Part shown: positions 62,119-64,000 of the stretch, in pieces
How the letters are laid out: each line of letters starts with the position of its first letter
Numbering within the stretch: position 1 is the first letter of the stretch
Assembly (NCBI GenBank): GCA_000002445.1
Contig: CP000066.1
Coordinates: forward strand, 512,001-576,000
Direction: 5' to 3'
Length of the DNA: 64,000 bases
Origin: Trypanosoma brucei
Taxonomy: Eukaryota
Notes under the pieces: generated by a model
The model's database searches: none
What the model was told of the DNA's origin: nothing
What the model saw: only the letters and a program-made list of their open reading frames with translations
Program-made: the position numbers and the translations under genes

Positions 62119-62446
62119 TCCTCAATGTGACAATGTTGGAAAGGGGGGAACCAGGTGAAATGAAGAAGTAGAGAGAAAGAGGTACTCAACGCATTAATCA
62201 CTCACATGACATCACAGACATCAGATCTATCACATACCGATTCGAAGGAAAGTAAAAACAGAGACCGCACGTTTTAGGAGGAGGAGATAGGCATATAGAG
62301 GCGAGTAGCGTCACAGATTTTTGCGCTTGCATCTGGTATCCGCTCCGCAATGGCCCAGTTGCACCAACCAAATACCTATCACCTCAAAAGGTCAGTAACA
62401 TATTCAACCCACAAAAGGAGGGGCACACGTACTGAGTCCATGTATC

Positions 62447-63226
62447 TCAACCCTCAGATGCGGTGAGTGTTGCCAGTGACAAAGCCCTCCCTACCAGTTC
62501 CTCAACATGTGAATCAGTTATTTTCTTCTCATCGTTGTCCTTGAGCAAGAATTCTACTTCCACCTCGTATCCGGTAGTGTGTTTGTCGCGAACTCGGGTG
62601 AGATCATAGCGAAACAAACCATCAGTCACGCTCAAGCGGTCCTTGTGGCGCGTGTACCCCCTCGTGGGAGCGAAATTAGGGCTGGGTAGCTCTCCTGTAA
62701 TTTCAGTGCATGCAGAAAAGCGAATGTCGTATGCCCCAGATGGAACGGGAACATCCAAGACAAAAAGTCGCTCCTTTCTTATGCACGCGATGCATTCACT
62801 GGGCTTCCCAGAGGTGTAGGTGTAGCGCCATTGACCAAAGGAGACATCACGGGTAGTCGAACGGGTAACACTCCCTTCTTTACCCTTGTCAAGACAAAAT
62901 TCCTCAATTCGCTTGTAATCTTCCTCGGCAACACCAGGCATCACCTCCGTCCTGGTTTTGCGTGCCCTTCGGCCCTTCCACTCGCGCTCTGAGGAAGTTG
63001 ATCCAGACTTGTCACTCACTTCTGCGCGCCGGCACAGACGAGCTTCCAACTCCATATGCGTGTGGTCAAGGGACTGCAAACGCTGAAATAATTCCTCCAC
63101 TATGGTTCGTTTCTCATCTGTCTTCGCTAGTACCTCACAGTCATCACGCCTCTCGTCATTTCGCTCGTTACGCTCTCTCTTTCGCCTTCGTTCCGTCGCT
63201 TCCATCATTCTATGGACTTTTCGCAA
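62447..63226 (-). CDS. Candidate Cet1-like RNA 5'-triphosphatase (triphosphate tunnel metalloenzyme)
   Basis: ELEARL near N-core (ExExK/R motif A-like), RYDLTRVRD, and C-terminal YEVEVEFLL (ExExE motif C-like); basic N-terminus RRRKRERNERNDERR; size (259 aa) matches stand-alone kinetoplastid triphosphatases. Confidence 0.45.
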   Translation of the reverse strand: MRKVHRMMEATERRRKRERNERNDERRDDCEVLAKTDEKRTIVEELFQRLQSLDHTHMELEARLCRRAEVSDKSGSTSSEREWKGRRARKTRTEVMPGVAEEDYKRIEEFCLDKGKEGSVTRSTTRDVSFGQWRYTYTSGKPSECIACIRKERLFVLDVPVPSGAYDIRFSACTEITGELPSPNFAPTRGYTRHKDRLSVTDGLFRYDLTRVRDKHTTGYEVEVEFLLKDNDEKKITDSHVEELVGRALSLATLTASEG

Positions 63227-63547
63227 ACTATTTGAGAAGTTTGAGCGTTTGTAGGTATTAGGAGTTCAGTGAAGACAATCTTGGTATATTATTTTGTTGT
63301 TGCTATCTCGACCCTATCGTTACAACCCCGGTTCTCACCCTTCACCCCGGTACGCACAAACACGTACACCCAGCAGCAATAAAAAATCACATTGAAACGC
63401 ACAGACACCGTTCTCATGAGTCGCGCAGAAGAGCCCATTGCAACAAACATCCGTCTGCAATTAGACCACAGACCCACCCAGCTATCAGAGCCAACTTCAG
63501 GATCCCACCACCTCCTCCACCGGTATCATGGTGCTTCGGATTCCACC

Positions 63548-64000
63548 TCATGAAGTGCGAGAGCGCTTGCGACGCAGAAGGGGGCACTCTTCCCGCGTGT
63601 GCCCACCGTCATTACAATAACTGCAGAGCACATATGAAGTTGCATGGGCACGTCCCCGGCTCCCAACCGCGTGCGTTGCACCCTCTGCGTTTTGCCTCTC
63701 TAGAATCTCCCTCACCTGTATCTCGCGTTCGCGCTCTCTCTCTTCCGTTGTCTTACAAGCCTCAGCAACCAGCTTCTCAACCTCCACCATCAAGTTCTTC
63801 GCTTCGCCGTGACTGGGATCCAGCTCAAGGCAACGCCGCAGTGCTGTGCAAGACTCTTGTGGACGCTTCAGCTGATGCTGTGCGCATCCCACTCGAAAGA
63901 ATGCCCTCGCGTACGTCGGATGTACCTCTATAGCTCTCATTCCATCCTTCAGCGATTCCGACCAGCGGCCAGCACGAGCATAAGCAGCACTTCGATTACA
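63548..64000 (-). CDS. Partial CDS (C-terminal part; N-terminus beyond window): TPR-like helical region plus CCHC zinc knuckle
   Basis: FFRVGCAQHQLKRPQESCTALRRCLELDPSHGEA (TPR-like) and CSYCNDGGHTREEC (CX2CX4HX4C zinc knuckle); reading frame open to the window edge. Confidence 0.5.
   Translation of the reverse strand, partial: CNRSAAYARAGRWSESLKDGMRAIEVHPTYARAFFRVGCAQHQLKRPQESCTALRRCLELDPSHGEAKNLMVEVEKLVAEACKTTEEREREREIQVREILERQNAEGATHAVGSRGRAHATSYVLCSYCNDGGHTREECPLLRRKRSRTS

Overview
This 64 kb window looks like kinetoplastid (Trypanosoma-like) nuclear chromosome, and this is an inference. The basis is that every supportable long ORF lies on the minus strand with no strand switch, that there are no introns, and that genes are separated by 0.3-2.4 kb spacers full of (TA)n, (CA)n, homopolymer and polypyrimidine/polypurine tracts. 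I call about 25 minus-strand CDS forming one polycistronic array. By motif they include two kinesins, a Ser/Thr kinase, Xaa-Pro aminopeptidase (M24B), a SNF2 ATPase with C-terminal PHD-like zinc fingers, an EFL1-type GTPase, an RluA-family pseudouridine synthase, FCP/NIF-type and PP2C-type phosphatases, phosphopantothenoylcysteine synthetase, acylphosphatase, a Rieske[2Fe-2S]+FNR-like fusion oxidoreductase, a candidate Cet1-like RNA triphosphatase, a TPR protein, and several large hypothetical proteins. I found no rRNA, tRNA, CRISPR array or recognizable retroposon. The most unusual items are the Rieske-FNR fusion, a 1572-aa protein with a mitochondrial-like presequence, a polyQ core and a histone-H1-like Lys/Ala tail, a 2.4 kb spacer with strand-asymmetric pyrimidine tracts, and several track ORFs whose N-termini are artefactual translations of polypyrimidine tracts. 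I cannot confirm a single self-contained novel 'system'; the window reads as an ordinary but annotation-poor core polycistron.
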